Shown: piece after piece, positions 18,143 to 30,200 of the stretch
Numbering within the stretch: the stretch's first letter is position 1
How the letters are laid out: each line of letters begins with the position of its first letter
DNA from: an uncultured delta proteobacterium
Lineage (GTDB): Bacteria; Desulfobacterota; Binatia; Binatales; Binataceae
DNA length: 64,000 nt
Reading direction: 5' to 3'
Assembly (NCBI GenBank): GCA_963810495.1
Contig: CAWENP010000019.1
Span: 8,710 to 72,709 of the forward strand
Made by a program: the position numbers and the translations under genes
The notes under the pieces: model-generated
What the model was told of the DNA's origin: nothing
The model's input: the letters and a program-made list of their open reading frames with translations, nothing else
The model's database searches: none

Positions 18143-19180
18143 ATGCTGACTCGATGGAGGATGTGGACGTTGACGTGGATGTTGATAGCCGTCGCCGCGA
18201 TAGCACTAATGGCGGTCGTGATGAGCGAATTGATTTCCGAAGCCGGTCCGTACCAGGACACCTCGCCGCCCACCGGCCAACTGCATCCGGCCGCGTGGCC
18301 CGACCGCACATTGACTATCGCCGACCTTGGCCATTCGGCGCTGCTGATGAACTGGTACGGCGTGCGCGTGCTCAGCGACCCGACGTTGTTCAATCGCGTC
18401 GGGCTTTCGATCGGCTCGCTGCTGACCATCGGACCGCATCGGTACACCGCACCGCCGCTTGCACCAGCGCAGCTGCAAAACCTCGACGTCATCCTGATAA
18501 CCCACGCGCACATGGACCATCTCGACTTGCCCTCACTGCGCGTGCTGCCCAAGAGCGCGGTTGTGATCGCATGCAGCGGATGCGGCGAATTGATTCGTCC
18601 GCTGGGCTTCACCGACGTGCGCGAGCTTCGATGGGGTGAGCATACGGAGGTCAAAGGCCTCAGCGTGACGGCGATGGGCGCGAAGCACTGGGGCGTGCGA
18701 TGGCCGCCGATGGGACGCGCGTACGGCTACAACAGCTACCTGCTCGAGCGTGGCGGGACGCGAATGCTGCTCGCGTGCGACAGCGCTTACACGCCGCTAT
18801 TCGATACGCTCGCCTCCGACCCGCCCGATATCGCGGCATTTTCGATCGCGGCCTACGATCCGTGGATTCACAATCACGCCAATCCCGAGCAGGTCTGGAC
18901 GATGTTCCAGCAAAGCCGCGCGCGCTATTTGGTGCCGATTCATTGGGGGACCTTCCGGCTCTCCAAGGAGCCGATGGACGAACCGATGCGCCGGCTGCTG
19001 GCTGCGGCGGGTCCCGAGGCCAATCGCGTGACGATACGGCAGATCGGGGTCGCCTGGAGCCTGCCGACGGACGGCGCGGCAAGATCAGCAACATGCCAGT
19101 CTGGACGGGCCGCGGGCAAAATGACCGGCCAGGACTCCGGTCACGATACCAGTGACGCTACGCTAAAGGCGTCAAAATGA
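18143..19180 (+). CDS. MBL-fold metallo-hydrolase (NAPE-PLD/UlaG-like), membrane-anchored
   Basis: N-terminal TM helix, ILITHAHMDHLD, and downstream D/H ligands (LLACDSAY, VPIHWGTF). Confidence 0.7.
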   Translation: MLTRWRMWTLTWMLIAVAAIALMAVVMSELISEAGPYQDTSPPTGQLHPAAWPDRTLTIADLGHSALLMNWYGVRVLSDPTLFNRVGLSIGSLLTIGPHRYTAPPLAPAQLQNLDVILITHAHMDHLDLPSLRVLPKSAVVIACSGCGELIRPLGFTDVRELRWGEHTEVKGLSVTAMGAKHWGVRWPPMGRAYGYNSYLLERGGTRMLLACDSAYTPLFDTLASDPPDIAAFSIAAYDPWIHNHANPEQVWTMFQQSRARYLVPIHWGTFRLSKEPMDEPMRRLLAAAGPEANRVTIRQIGVAWSLPTDGAARSATCQSGRAAGKMTGQDSGHDTSDATLKASK

Positions 19181-19249
19181 GCTACAATGGCACAAGAGAT
19201 GGGAGGGCAGCATTACGCTGCGTGATTAATTCCATCATTGAGGGGAATC

Positions 19250-20146
19250 ATGGCCAAGCCGCAAGGACCAGAGAGGCTGCATGGCAGGCGCGCGACTACG
19301 CTTGAGGCTTCACTTTCCAGCCGGACCTTCGCGCGGCTCGCGATAGCCGCGCTGGTGCTCGGATGCGCCGCGCTCGGCGCGCGGCCGGCGCTCGCGCAGG
19401 ACGACGACTGGTCGGTCGTACCGTCCCAAGTTCAGTCGAACCAGGATCAGTCGCATCAGGTCCACCAGAGCCATCCATCCAAGGCCAAGTCCGCCGAAGC
19501 TGACCCCGACGCCTCGCAAGCGCTGCCGCAGGAGCTGCAACCTGGAGCCGACGGCGCGCAGATGATCTGCGGTGAGATGGCGCGGCCGGCGGCCGAGCCG
19601 TACAAGAGCATCGTCGCCGATATCGACCGCGCGTGGGGCACCAACGCTCCGGTCTACGAATCGGTGCGCGCCGACTCGCCGCACGTCTCGCGCGCCGGAT
19701 GCATCTTCTATAACCCGGCTTTCATGGAAACCTTCCTGCGCGGCGAGACCGACGAGCACGGCGAGCCGGACAAGACCTCGATGATCTACGCGATCATGGC
19801 GCATGAGCTCGGCCATATCGAGCATCACGACTACGAGCGCACGGACGTTTCCAGCGTCGACAAGGAACTCGAGGCCGATCGCTTCTCCGGCTATACGCTC
19901 TCGCGTATGGGTATTTCACGGGGCAACATCACGCCCTTCTACAGCTTGGGCGGCGACGAATTCAGCGGTGTCCACGACCACGGCTTCTCCAACGAGCGTA
20001 TCGCGGCGTTCAACAAAGGCTGGAAGGAGGCCGAGTGGAACCAGCCCGAGGACGGCGGCCCCGCGGCAAAGAGCGCGGCCAGCAATTCCGCCTCTGACGA
20101 CTCGGGCGAGACCGACGATTCGAGCGCAACCGCTGCGGTGCCGTAG
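19250..20146 (+). CDS. secreted putative zinc metalloprotease (HExxH)
   Basis: GAGGGGA RBS before ATG 19250. Signal-like LAIAALVLGCAALGARPALA. IMAHELGHIEHHD plus a downstream ELEADRF. Confidence 0.5.
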   Translation: MAKPQGPERLHGRRATTLEASLSSRTFARLAIAALVLGCAALGARPALAQDDDWSVVPSQVQSNQDQSHQVHQSHPSKAKSAEADPDASQALPQELQPGADGAQMICGEMARPAAEPYKSIVADIDRAWGTNAPVYESVRADSPHVSRAGCIFYNPAFMETFLRGETDEHGEPDKTSMIYAIMAHELGHIEHHDYERTDVSSVDKELEADRFSGYTLSRMGISRGNITPFYSLGGDEFSGVHDHGFSNERIAAFNKGWKEAEWNQPEDGGPAAKSAASNSASDDSGETDDSSATAAVP

Positions 20147-20251
20147 CCGCGCGCGCTTCGAGTCGCTCCCTGAGGAAGCGAATCCGCCTCTTCAGTAAGG
20201 CTTTTTTTTCAGTATCCTGAGCGAAGGCTGCCGGAGTCGGCGAGTCGCCGC

Positions 20252-21850
20252 CTAAACTTTCTTGCGGCGCTTGGAGAGATAATCGACCAGCATGTATTCG
20301 CCGAGATGGTCGGGGCGCGTGTAGAGCGCGCGGCCGCGATTGATCTGCGTCATCTTTTCGACGAACGCGCGCAGGCTCGGCGAGTCGTCGAGCATGAAGG
20401 TGTTGATCGTGATGCCCTTGCGGGTGACGCGCTCGACTTCCTTCAGCGTCTCCTGCGCCGCGCGCATGCTGATGCCGCCGAACGAAAGCGGCCATTCGCA
20501 GTACAAGCGCTTGTTGAGAAAGTACGCGGTCGGCTGGCCGTCGGTTATCACGATGATGTGCTGGTTGCGCGAGGGATGACGCCCGAGCAGATCCGAAGCC
20601 AGGCGCAGCCCGTCCTGCAAATTGGTGAACGGGTCGCCCATGTTCCACGACGCCTCGGGCAGGTCCTTTAACTTCAACTCGACAGCGCGGGTGAAAAACC
20701 CGACGATCGAAAAAAAATCGCGCGGGAACTTCGAGCGGATCAGCGTCTCCATCGCCATCGCGACCTTCTTGGCCGCCGCGAACCGCCCCTCCCAGCTCAT
20801 CGACCACGACATGTCGAGGCACAGCACGGTCGACGACGAACTCGCGTAGTCGTTTTCGTAGACCTCGAAGTCGCCGGGTTCCAGCTTAAGCGGCACACCG
20901 GGCCGCCGCGTGAGCGCGTGCTTGAGCGTCGCGACCAGGTTCAAATTGAGCGGATCGCCGAAGCTGTAGCTCTTGGTCTCGTCGGGGCGAATCTCGGTTA
21001 TCCCGCGATGGTCAGTCGCGTGCGATCCGCCGCGGTCCTTGAGCAGGCCCTGGTAGATGTCGCGCAGTGCGAGCTGGCCGATCCGGCGCACGCCCTTGGG
21101 CGAGAGCGCCATGTGCTCGCCCTTCTGCACCATGTAGCCGCCCTCCTCGAGCAGCAGCATCACCTGGCGCAGGTTGTTAAAATCCTGCTCGGCCTGCTGG
21201 CCCAGCATCTCGCGCAGATCTTCCATCGAGATGTTGTCGAAGTTGCCCGACATCAGATCCTGCTCGAGCTGCTTCATCCGATCCATCTCGCGCATCAGCT
21301 CGAGCGCCTGCTGGTAGTTCAGGCTCTTGGGGCCGTGGAACAGATGCTGGTTGCGCTCGCGGAAATTCTCGAGGTCGCGGATGTTCTCGTACTCCTTGAG
21401 CAGGGCCTCGAAATCGGCGCGCGCCCGGGCGTCCTCGAACTCATGGCTTTCGAGCTTGCGAATCGCCTCCGAGAGCCGCCGGGGCATCCGCTGCAATTCG
21501 CGCAGCTTCTCGTCGAGCTTGCCGCCCGGCTGCTCAGCGCTTAGCCGCTCCAGCGTGGCGCGCTCGCGATCGAGGATGTCCTGGAGCCGCCGTTCCATCT
21601 CGCTCAGCGCGTCCTTGAGATTGAATTCGCGGTAGCGCTGGCGCATCTCCTGGCGCAATTGTTCGAGAAATTCTTCCAGCCCCGCCACGCGCGAGCCGTC
21701 GAAGTCCATCCCCTGCCGCGTCATCCAGTCCATCGCCTGGCGCACGTCGTCGGTATAGGAGAGGAACTCGGCCAGCTTCTCGAACACCTTGTCGGCGTCG
21801 AGCTTGAGCTTCTGGCTGCCGTCCCACGCGGTGTAGCGGATTTCGATCAT
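20252..21850 (-). CDS. VWA-domain protein (ChlD-like partner of the upstream AAA+ ATPase)
   Basis: ATG 21850 (MIEIRYTAWDGSQ). C-terminal VWA with MIDAS-like VLCLDMSWSM and IIVITDGQPT. Confidence 0.75.
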   Translation of the reverse strand: MIEIRYTAWDGSQKLKLDADKVFEKLAEFLSYTDDVRQAMDWMTRQGMDFDGSRVAGLEEFLEQLRQEMRQRYREFNLKDALSEMERRLQDILDRERATLERLSAEQPGGKLDEKLRELQRMPRRLSEAIRKLESHEFEDARARADFEALLKEYENIRDLENFRERNQHLFHGPKSLNYQQALELMREMDRMKQLEQDLMSGNFDNISMEDLREMLGQQAEQDFNNLRQVMLLLEEGGYMVQKGEHMALSPKGVRRIGQLALRDIYQGLLKDRGGSHATDHRGITEIRPDETKSYSFGDPLNLNLVATLKHALTRRPGVPLKLEPGDFEVYENDYASSSSTVLCLDMSWSMSWEGRFAAAKKVAMAMETLIRSKFPRDFFSIVGFFTRAVELKLKDLPEASWNMGDPFTNLQDGLRLASDLLGRHPSRNQHIIVITDGQPTAYFLNKRLYCEWPLSFGGISMRAAQETLKEVERVTRKGITINTFMLDDSPSLRAFVEKMTQINRGRALYTRPDHLGEYMLVDYLSKRRKKV

Positions 21851-21876
21851 CGGCGTCGCGCGCGCTTGCCCGGACC

Positions 21877-23301
21877 TCAGGCGTGATAGGCGAAGCGCCC
21901 GCCGTGGCGCTCCTTGTTGAGCTTCTGATGGAGATGCAAGCCCTCGAACACCAGCTCGCTCGCCGACGCCATCAGGCCCGGCGTCTCGAACGAGCCGAGC
22001 TGTTCGACCGCCTCGCGCAAGCCCGGCACCTCGCGCAGCGCGTCGAGATAGTCGGAGGCCGGCGCGTCGTCGGAGACCTCGACGCCCCATCCGCCCTCGA
22101 AGTAGGCGGCCACGCGGCGCAGGTCGTCGATCTTGAAATAGCGGTCGAAGACCTTGAGCACGGCGCGGTTGACGAGGCGCTCGATAAGGTCCTCTTCCTT
22201 CTTATCCTCGCCCACGTACTCGAGCTCGATCTTGCCGGCGGTCGAGGCGTAGAGCGAGGGCAGATCGGAAAGTCGCGGTACGATCTCATTGTCGCCCAGG
22301 CGCACGGCGCGCTTCTCGGCGTTGGATAGCACGGATTCGAAGTTGTTGATCGAGACCCGCACCGAAACTCCCGAGCTCTGATTGATCTCGTTGGAGGCGC
22401 GCGCCTCGAAGGTGAGCTGCGCGACCACCTCCTTTATAAAGGGCGGGACCCGCAGCGCCATCCCGGCGCTCGCCGGGTAACCGCACTCCTGGTCCATGAT
22501 CGCAATTTCGTCCTCGATCGTGCGCGGATAGTGCGTGCGAATCTGGATGTCGAAGCGGTCCTTCAGCGGCGTGATGATTCTGCCGCGCGAAGTGTAGTCC
22601 TCGGGATTGGCGCTGGCGACGAACACCAGGTCGAGCGGCAGACGCACCCGGTAGCCCTTGATCTGGACGTCCTTCTCTTCCATCAGGTTGAACAGTCCCA
22701 CCTGGACCTTCTCGGTCAAGTCGGGCAGCTCATTGATGGCGAAGATGCCGCGGTTGGTGCGCGGGATGAGGCCGTAGTGGATGGTCTCCTCGTCGGCGAG
22801 GTAGCGACCCTCGGCGACTTTGATCGGATCGATCTCGCCGATCAGATCGGCCACCGAGACGTCGGGCGTCGCCAGCTTCTCCGCATAGCGCCGCTCGCGT
22901 CCGATCCATTCGATTTCCAACTCTTCGCCGAACTCGGCCGCCCGCCGCCGGCAGGCGCCGCAGATTGGCCGATAAGGATCGTCGTTGATCTCGCAACCCT
23001 TGACCGCCGCCACGCGCTCGTCGAGCAGGTCGGCGAGCAATCGGATGAGCCGCGACTTGGCCTGCCCGCGCTCGCCGAGAAAAATCATGTGATGGCCGGC
23101 GAGCACGCCGTTTTCGATCTCGGGCAGCACGCTTTGGTCGTAGCCGATGATGCCGGGAAGGATACGCTCGCGCGCGCGCAGCCGTTCGAGCAGGTTGCGG
23201 CGCATCTCGAGCCTGACCGGCAATACTTCGACGCCCGCCGCGCGCAATTCGCCGAGCGTGCGAATCTTGAGCAAATCTTGCTTGAGCAAATCTTGCTTCA
23301 T
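21877..23301 (-). CDS. AAA+ ATPase, Mg-chelatase ChlI/BchI-like
   Basis: Walker A FLGERGQAKS, Walker B GIFAINELPD, sensor region ASANPEDY. Probable start at ATG 23301. The track ORF extends to 23376. Confidence 0.75.
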   Translation of the reverse strand: MKQDLLKQDLLKIRTLGELRAAGVEVLPVRLEMRRNLLERLRARERILPGIIGYDQSVLPEIENGVLAGHHMIFLGERGQAKSRLIRLLADLLDERVAAVKGCEINDDPYRPICGACRRRAAEFGEELEIEWIGRERRYAEKLATPDVSVADLIGEIDPIKVAEGRYLADEETIHYGLIPRTNRGIFAINELPDLTEKVQVGLFNLMEEKDVQIKGYRVRLPLDLVFVASANPEDYTSRGRIITPLKDRFDIQIRTHYPRTIEDEIAIMDQECGYPASAGMALRVPPFIKEVVAQLTFEARASNEINQSSGVSVRVSINNFESVLSNAEKRAVRLGDNEIVPRLSDLPSLYASTAGKIELEYVGEDKKEEDLIERLVNRAVLKVFDRYFKIDDLRRVAAYFEGGWGVEVSDDAPASDYLDALREVPGLREAVEQLGSFETPGLMASASELVFEGLHLHQKLNKERHGGRFAYHA

Positions 23302-23335
23302 TTGAAGATCCAGTTGGGAAGTCGCGTCCCCGGTT

Positions 23336-23911
23336 TTAGGATATGGTAGCGCCGACCGTCTTGAAAAGCGGCTCAAGCAGGTCGAAGGTCTGCTCGAGAT
23401 GTTGCGAGATTACGCGGGTAGCCGCCAGCACCGGCATGAAGTTGACGTCGCCGTCCCATCGCGGCACCACGTGCCAGTGCATGTGATCGGCGAAGCCCGC
23501 GCCGGCGCATCGCCCAAGATTGGCGCCGAGGTTGAACCCGTCGCAGTTGAACGCACGCCGGAGCAACGCCACCGCCGCGGCCTGCAGTTCGCTGAGCGCG
23601 GCGCGCTCTGCGGGCTCGAGTAGTTCGGGCGAGGCGAGATGGCGCCGCGGCGCGATCATCAGGTGGCCGTTGTTGTATGGGTAGCGGTTGAGCATCACCA
23701 GCGCGAGCGGCCCCGCGTAGAGTACCAGCCGGCGGCGGCGCTCACGAGCGCCGGGCGTGCCGAAGCAGAAGATACATTCGCGTCCGGGCTTACCCGCGAT
23801 GCGCAGGTAGGCTCCGCGCCAGGGCGCCCACAGCCGGAGCGGCGCGGCGCTTGCGGCCTTAGGCCGAGCGGGCTTACGCCGAGCGCGCTTGGGCGTCGTG
23901 CTCCGCGCCAT
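23336..23911 (-). CDS. HIT-family nucleotide hydrolase/transferase
   Basis: Histidine triad HMHWHVVPR and CIFC near the N-terminus. The start is uncertain (38-nt overlap with ihfB if ATG 23911 is used). Confidence 0.8.
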   Translation of the reverse strand: MARSTTPKRARRKPARPKAASAAPLRLWAPWRGAYLRIAGKPGRECIFCFGTPGARERRRRLVLYAGPLALVMLNRYPYNNGHLMIAPRRHLASPELLEPAERAALSELQAAAVALLRRAFNCDGFNLGANLGRCAGAGFADHMHWHVVPRWDGDVNFMPVLAATRVISQHLEQTFDLLEPLFKTVGATIS

Positions 23912-24182
23912 TGAGGCCCGCGCGCAGCTCCTTGCCGGTGCGGAAGAAGGGGACCCGCTTGGCTTCGACGGAGACCATGTCGCCGGTGCGCGGATTGCGG
24001 CCCTGGCGGGCGCGGCGCTGCTTGACGCCGAAGCTGCCGAAGCCGCGGATTTCGATCCGCCCGCCGCGGGCGAGCACGTTGGCCATCTCTTCGAACATCG
24101 CGTTGACGATGGTCTCGGACTGGCGATGCGAGTATTTCTGATGCCTTGCCAGCAATTCCTCGATGATGCCGCGCTTGGTCAT
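23874..24182 (-). CDS. ihfB: integration host factor subunit beta (HU/IHF family)
   Basis: [39 protein letters not shown]. Conserved cmk-rpsA-ihfB synteny. Confidence 0.85.
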   Translation of the reverse strand: MTKRGIIEELLARHQKYSHRQSETIVNAMFEEMANVLARGGRIEIRGFGSFGVKQRRARQGRNPRTGDMVSVEAKRVPFFRTGKELRAGLNGAEHDAQARSA

Positions 24183-24275
24183 CGGACTACGCTCCTGCTG
24201 TGGCTCCCGCCGTTTTCGCTGTTGCCGCGCCCGGCAGGAATGCGCGGGCTCACCCCGCGTTAACGGTTGCGTCTT

Positions 24276-26021
<1,746 letters not shown>

Positions 26022-26090
26022 TTAGTGGGACCTTCCCCGGAATTCGAGGCTACAGCAATGCATACCGCCCAGACCTCTGCGTTTCAAGCC

Positions 26091-26771
26091 CTAAGCCGCG
26101 CCGCCGCGCGCGCTGACGCGCTGAGCCATCAGCGTTACGACCTCTTCGACATTCATCCGGCTCGCGTCAACGACGATTGCGTCGGACGCGGGCTTAAGCG
26201 GCGCCAGCTCGCGGCCGCGGTCGCGCCGGTCACGTTCGTGCAGTTGCGCGAGCACTTCCTGGCGCGTGATCGTGACGCCGCGCGCAGCCAGCTCGCGCCA
26301 GCGTCGCTCAGCGCGCACCTCGGCGCTGGCGTCGAGAAAAAATTTGAACTCGGCGTCGGGAAAGACCGCGGTGCCGATATCGCGGCCTTCCATCACCACT
26401 GCGCCGCGCGCGCCGGCCGCGCGCTGCAGATCGCGCATCCGCGCCCGCACCACGCCGAGCGTCGAAAGCCGCGACGCGCTCTCGCTCATCTCGGGCGATC
26501 CGATCTCGGCGCTGATATCGCGGCCGTCGAGCATGATGCGCCCCGCTGAAAAATCGATCCGCGCCGCCTCGAGCAGCGCGTCGAGGTTGCGCTCGGCCTC
26601 TGGATCGTCGTCGCCGATACCGGCCGCGCGCGCCGCGAAGGCGACCGCACGATACATCGCGCCGGTGTTGACGTACTCGAAGCCGAGCGCCTCGGCCAGG
26701 CGCCGGGCAACGGTCGATTTGCCCGCGCCAACCGGCCCGTCGATTGCCACCACCGGACGTGAGCGCGTCAT
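26091..26771 (-). CDS. cmk: cytidylate kinase
   Basis: VVAIDGPVGAGKSTVARRLA, MEGRDIGTAVFPDA. Confidence 0.9.
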   Translation of the reverse strand: MTRSRPVVAIDGPVGAGKSTVARRLAEALGFEYVNTGAMYRAVAFAARAAGIGDDDPEAERNLDALLEAARIDFSAGRIMLDGRDISAEIGSPEMSESASRLSTLGVVRARMRDLQRAAGARGAVVMEGRDIGTAVFPDAEFKFFLDASAEVRAERRWRELAARGVTITRQEVLAQLHERDRRDRGRELAPLKPASDAIVVDASRMNVEEVVTLMAQRVSARGGAA

Positions 26772-27631
26772 TTGAGCCCCTCGCGCATCACGCGCCCGCG
26801 GTTGAAAATTTCCTCGAAGCGCGCGACGTCACCCGCGCGAATCGCGCGCTCGAACTCATCCAGCGCGCCGCGAAAAAGCCCCAGCGCCGCCAGGATCGCG
26901 TCGCGATTGGTCAGCACGATGTCGCGCCACATCTCGGCCGACGACGCCGCGATTCGCGTGGTGTCGCGCAACCCCCCGGCGCCGTAGGCGGCCGCCTCGT
27001 GCTCGCCCACCCGCTCGCCGCAAAGCGCCGCCGCGAGCGCGCTCGCGACCATCTGCGGCAGATGGCTTGCGCGCGCGAGTATCTCGTCATGCTCATCGGG
27101 CGCCATCCGCTCCACGTGCGAGCCGGTCGCCCGCCACAACCGCTCGACGCGGTGGATCGCGTCGGGCGTGCTGCGCGCCGACGGCGTGATTATCGTGCGG
27201 CGTCCGATAAACAGGCTCTCGTCGGCGGCACCCGCGCCAGTGCTCTCCTTGCCGGCCACCGGATGCGCCGCGACCAGCGCCATCTGCGCGCCGAGCAGCG
27301 GCTCCAGTGCGCGCACCACCCATCCCTTGACGCTCCCAACGTCGGTTATCACCGCCGCGGGAGGCAGACGCGGCGTCATCGCGGCCAGCGTCTCGGGCAT
27401 CGTGCGTATCGGCACCGCCAGCATCACCAGGTCAGCGCCGCGGGCGGCAGCCGCCGGGTCGCGCGTCGCGTCGTCGATGATCCCGCGCTCAAGCGCCACG
27501 TCTAGGTTTTTTTGCGTGCGTCCCAGACCGACCACGCGCTCGACCAGTCCCTCGCGCCTGGCGATTAGCGCAAGCGAGCCGCCGATAAGGCCCACTCCGC
27601 ATACGGTCATTTGCTTGAACAGCGCCGCCAT
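26768..27631 (-). CDS. tyrA: prephenate (or arogenate) dehydrogenase
   Basis: ATG 27631 gives MAALFKQMTVCGVGLIGGSLA (Rossmann fold). AAHPVAGKE, SHLPQ. Confidence 0.85.
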   Translation of the reverse strand: MAALFKQMTVCGVGLIGGSLALIARREGLVERVVGLGRTQKNLDVALERGIIDDATRDPAAAARGADLVMLAVPIRTMPETLAAMTPRLPPAAVITDVGSVKGWVVRALEPLLGAQMALVAAHPVAGKESTGAGAADESLFIGRRTIITPSARSTPDAIHRVERLWRATGSHVERMAPDEHDEILARASHLPQMVASALAAALCGERVGEHEAAAYGAGGLRDTTRIAASSAEMWRDIVLTNRDAILAALGLFRGALDEFERAIRAGDVARFEEIFNRGRVMREGLK

Positions 27632-27849
27632 GATGGTCAGTTCCAAACGCCTGGCGAAATGTGCGCCAAATCGCCAGCCGCAACATCGGCCAGACCAGAT
27701 CGAGACTTCAGGGATTGGAGTGTTGGGTAAGTCAAAACGTGAGAAGAAACAGCCGCGGACCGCGCCGGGCGACGCCAAAGACTACCACATCGGCCAAGGC
27801 CTTGCGCGTTTTGACGGGTCGAAAATTGTTAATTTTCGGAAAATCGCGC

Positions 27850-28962
27850 TTAGTGGGAAATTTGACTCTTGAGCGCGCGTTCGAGCGCGGCCACCATCCG
27901 ATGGTTCTCTTCCTTCAGCCCGACACTGATGCGCACGTGGTGCGGCAGACCGTAGCCGTTCATCGGACGGACAATTACGCCCTGTTGCAGGAGCTTTTCG
28001 TAAACCGTACGCCCCTCACCGACCTCGACCAGGATGAAATTGGCCTGGCTCGGCAAAAACGGCAGGCCCAACCGGCGGAACTCGTCCTCCATGTAGGCCA
28101 TCCCGCTCGCGTTGACCTCGAGCGTGCGCCGCACGTGCTCGTGATCGTCCATCCCCGCCTCCACCGCGACCAGACCGAGCGAGGTGATATTGAATGGCTG
28201 GCGCACGCTGTTGAGCAGGCGCGTGATGTCCTCGCGCGCGACCGAGTAGCCCACGCGGAGTCCCGCCAGGCCGAAAATCTTCGAGAAAGTGCGCAGCGTC
28301 ACCAGCATCCGCCGCCCGTCGTGATCCTTTATCGAGTCGGGATACTCGGGATCGCGCACGAACTCGAAGTAGGCCTCGTCGGCGACGATCACCACGCGCT
28401 CGGGCACGCGCTCAAGAAATCGATGCCACTGGGCCTTGCGGTAGATGGTGCCGGTCGGATTGTTCGGATTGCCGAGGAAGACCAGCCGCGTATTGTCGTC
28501 GATCGCGGAGGCCATCGCATCGAGGTCAAAGACGTAATCCTCGCGAAGCGGAATCACCTTGGCCGTGCCGCCCGAGGCCGCGATCGCGAGCTGGTAGATG
28601 ACGAACGAGTGCGCCGCGATCACCGCATTCAAGCCGGGCCGCAGAAAAAGATAGACCAGCAGGTTCAGAATCTCGCACGAGCCCGATCCCATGAAAATCT
28701 GATCGGGGCTCACCCGATGCTTGGCCGCAATCTTGTGGCGCAGCGTCCAGCTCGAGCCGTCGGGGTAGCGATGGAGGTCGTCCAGCGCAGCGCGAATCGC
28801 GGCCACCGCCTTGGGCGACGGCCCGACCGGATTCTCGTTGGAGGCAAGCTTGGCCGGCTCGCCGATACCCAGTTCGCGCTGGACCTCTTCGATCGGCTTG
28901 CCGGGCTCGTAGGGATGGAGCGCGGCAACCGCGGGCAAAACCAGATCGTCGGCTTTTATCAA
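27850..28962 (-). CDS. hisC: histidinol-phosphate / aromatic aminotransferase (class II)
   Basis: LASNENPVGPSP, NPNNPTG, TFSKIFGLAGLRVGY (PLP lysine). Confidence 0.9.
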   Translation of the reverse strand: MIKADDLVLPAVAALHPYEPGKPIEEVQRELGIGEPAKLASNENPVGPSPKAVAAIRAALDDLHRYPDGSSWTLRHKIAAKHRVSPDQIFMGSGSCEILNLLVYLFLRPGLNAVIAAHSFVIYQLAIAASGGTAKVIPLREDYVFDLDAMASAIDDNTRLVFLGNPNNPTGTIYRKAQWHRFLERVPERVVIVADEAYFEFVRDPEYPDSIKDHDGRRMLVTLRTFSKIFGLAGLRVGYSVAREDITRLLNSVRQPFNITSLGLVAVEAGMDDHEHVRRTLEVNASGMAYMEDEFRRLGLPFLPSQANFILVEVGEGRTVYEKLLQQGVIVRPMNGYGLPHHVRISVGLKEENHRMVAALERALKSQISH

Positions 28963-28983
28963 GGGCGCTTGCAGGCGGCCATG

Positions 28984-30171
28984 CTATGCGGCGGGCTGCC
29001 TCCCCTCAGGATACGATCCCAGTACTTTCAAAAAAAGGGCTTTGCGCTCGAGCGCGGCGAGCGCGCGCTTTAGCCCCGCGTCCTCGCGATGGCCCTGGAG
29101 ATCGACAAAAAACAGGTACTCCCACGGGCGCGAGCGCAGCGGGCGCGATTCGATTTTCGAGATGTTGATCCGGTTGCGGGCGAAGATATTGAGCGCCTGG
29201 TTGAGCGCGCCGACCTCGTCGCGCACCGCGAACAGCGCGGTGGTCTTGTCGGCGCCGCTGGGGCCGGCCGGATTGCTCCCGATCACCAAAAAGCGCGTTG
29301 TGTTCTGCGCCGAGTCCTGGATATTGCGCGCGATCACGCTGAGCCCGTACGGCGCCGCCGCCGCCTCCGAGGCGATCGCCGCCGCGTCAGGCTCGCCCGC
29401 CGCGCGCGCGGCCCCCGCCGTGTTGGAGGCCACCGCTTCGAGCCGGCAGTGCGGAAAATTGGCGGCTAGATAGTTGCGGCACTGCCCCAGCGATTGCTGA
29501 TGGGAGTAGATCACCGCAATAGCCGCCGCATCGCCCTCGCGCGACATGAGGGCGTGGCGAATCGGCAGCAGGACCTCGCCGATGATCACCAGCGGCGTGT
29601 CGATCAGCAAATCGAGCGTCAGCGTCACCGAGCCCTCGCTGGAGTTCTCGACCGGGACCACGCCGAAGTCGGCGCGCGACGTGTCGAGCGCCCCGAAGAC
29701 CGCCGCGATCGACGGCTCGGCGGCGAACTCGGCGCTCGAGCCGAAGCGCATCCGCGCAGCCTCATGCGAGTAGGTGTACTCGGGGCCGAGATAGGCGACG
29801 CGCAGCGGATGCTCGAGCGCGGTGCAGGCCGAGATTATCTCGACGAAGATGCGCCGCAGATGCTCGCCGGTAAGCGGCCCCGCATTGAGCGCCGTTACCT
29901 TGTCGAGCACCGCGCGCTCGCGCGCGGGCTGATAGATCGCGGCGCCGCCGGCTTGCTTGAGATGGCCGATCGCCTGCGCGACTTTCGCGCGCTGGTTGAG
30001 CAGGCGCACGAGTTTGACGTTGATCGCGTCAATCTGAGTGCGCCGGCGATCGAGCCCGGCGAGATCTGTTGGACTTGCCGCGCCTGCCGGATTTGCGACG
30101 ACGAGGTCTTTAGATTTTCGGGATGCGCTTGCGCGGGATGCCGTGCGGGATGCCATATCGGATGACGCCAT
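28984..30171 (-). CDS. pheA: bifunctional chorismate mutase / prephenate dehydratase (P-protein)
   Basis: CM region RRRTQIDAINVKLVRLLNQRA. PDT AYLGPEYTYSH and NTTRFLVIG. ACT domain ending ESRP. Confidence 0.9.
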   Translation of the reverse strand: MASSDMASRTASRASASRKSKDLVVANPAGAASPTDLAGLDRRRTQIDAINVKLVRLLNQRAKVAQAIGHLKQAGGAAIYQPARERAVLDKVTALNAGPLTGEHLRRIFVEIISACTALEHPLRVAYLGPEYTYSHEAARMRFGSSAEFAAEPSIAAVFGALDTSRADFGVVPVENSSEGSVTLTLDLLIDTPLVIIGEVLLPIRHALMSREGDAAAIAVIYSHQQSLGQCRNYLAANFPHCRLEAVASNTAGAARAAGEPDAAAIASEAAAAPYGLSVIARNIQDSAQNTTRFLVIGSNPAGPSGADKTTALFAVRDEVGALNQALNIFARNRINISKIESRPLRSRPWEYLFFVDLQGHREDAGLKRALAALERKALFLKVLGSYPEGRQPAA

Positions 30172-30200
30172 GTCGGGCGAAGTTATATCGGAAGAGATGG

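Noticed and set aside
27820-27838. AT-rich palindrome CGAAAATT-GTT-AATTTTCG between hisC and tyrA, possibly a TyrR-type operator or terminator
   Set aside because: It does not match the TyrR box (TGTAAA-N6-TTTACA), has no U-tract after it, and I could find no second copy. It is recorded only as a possible minor regulatory element.
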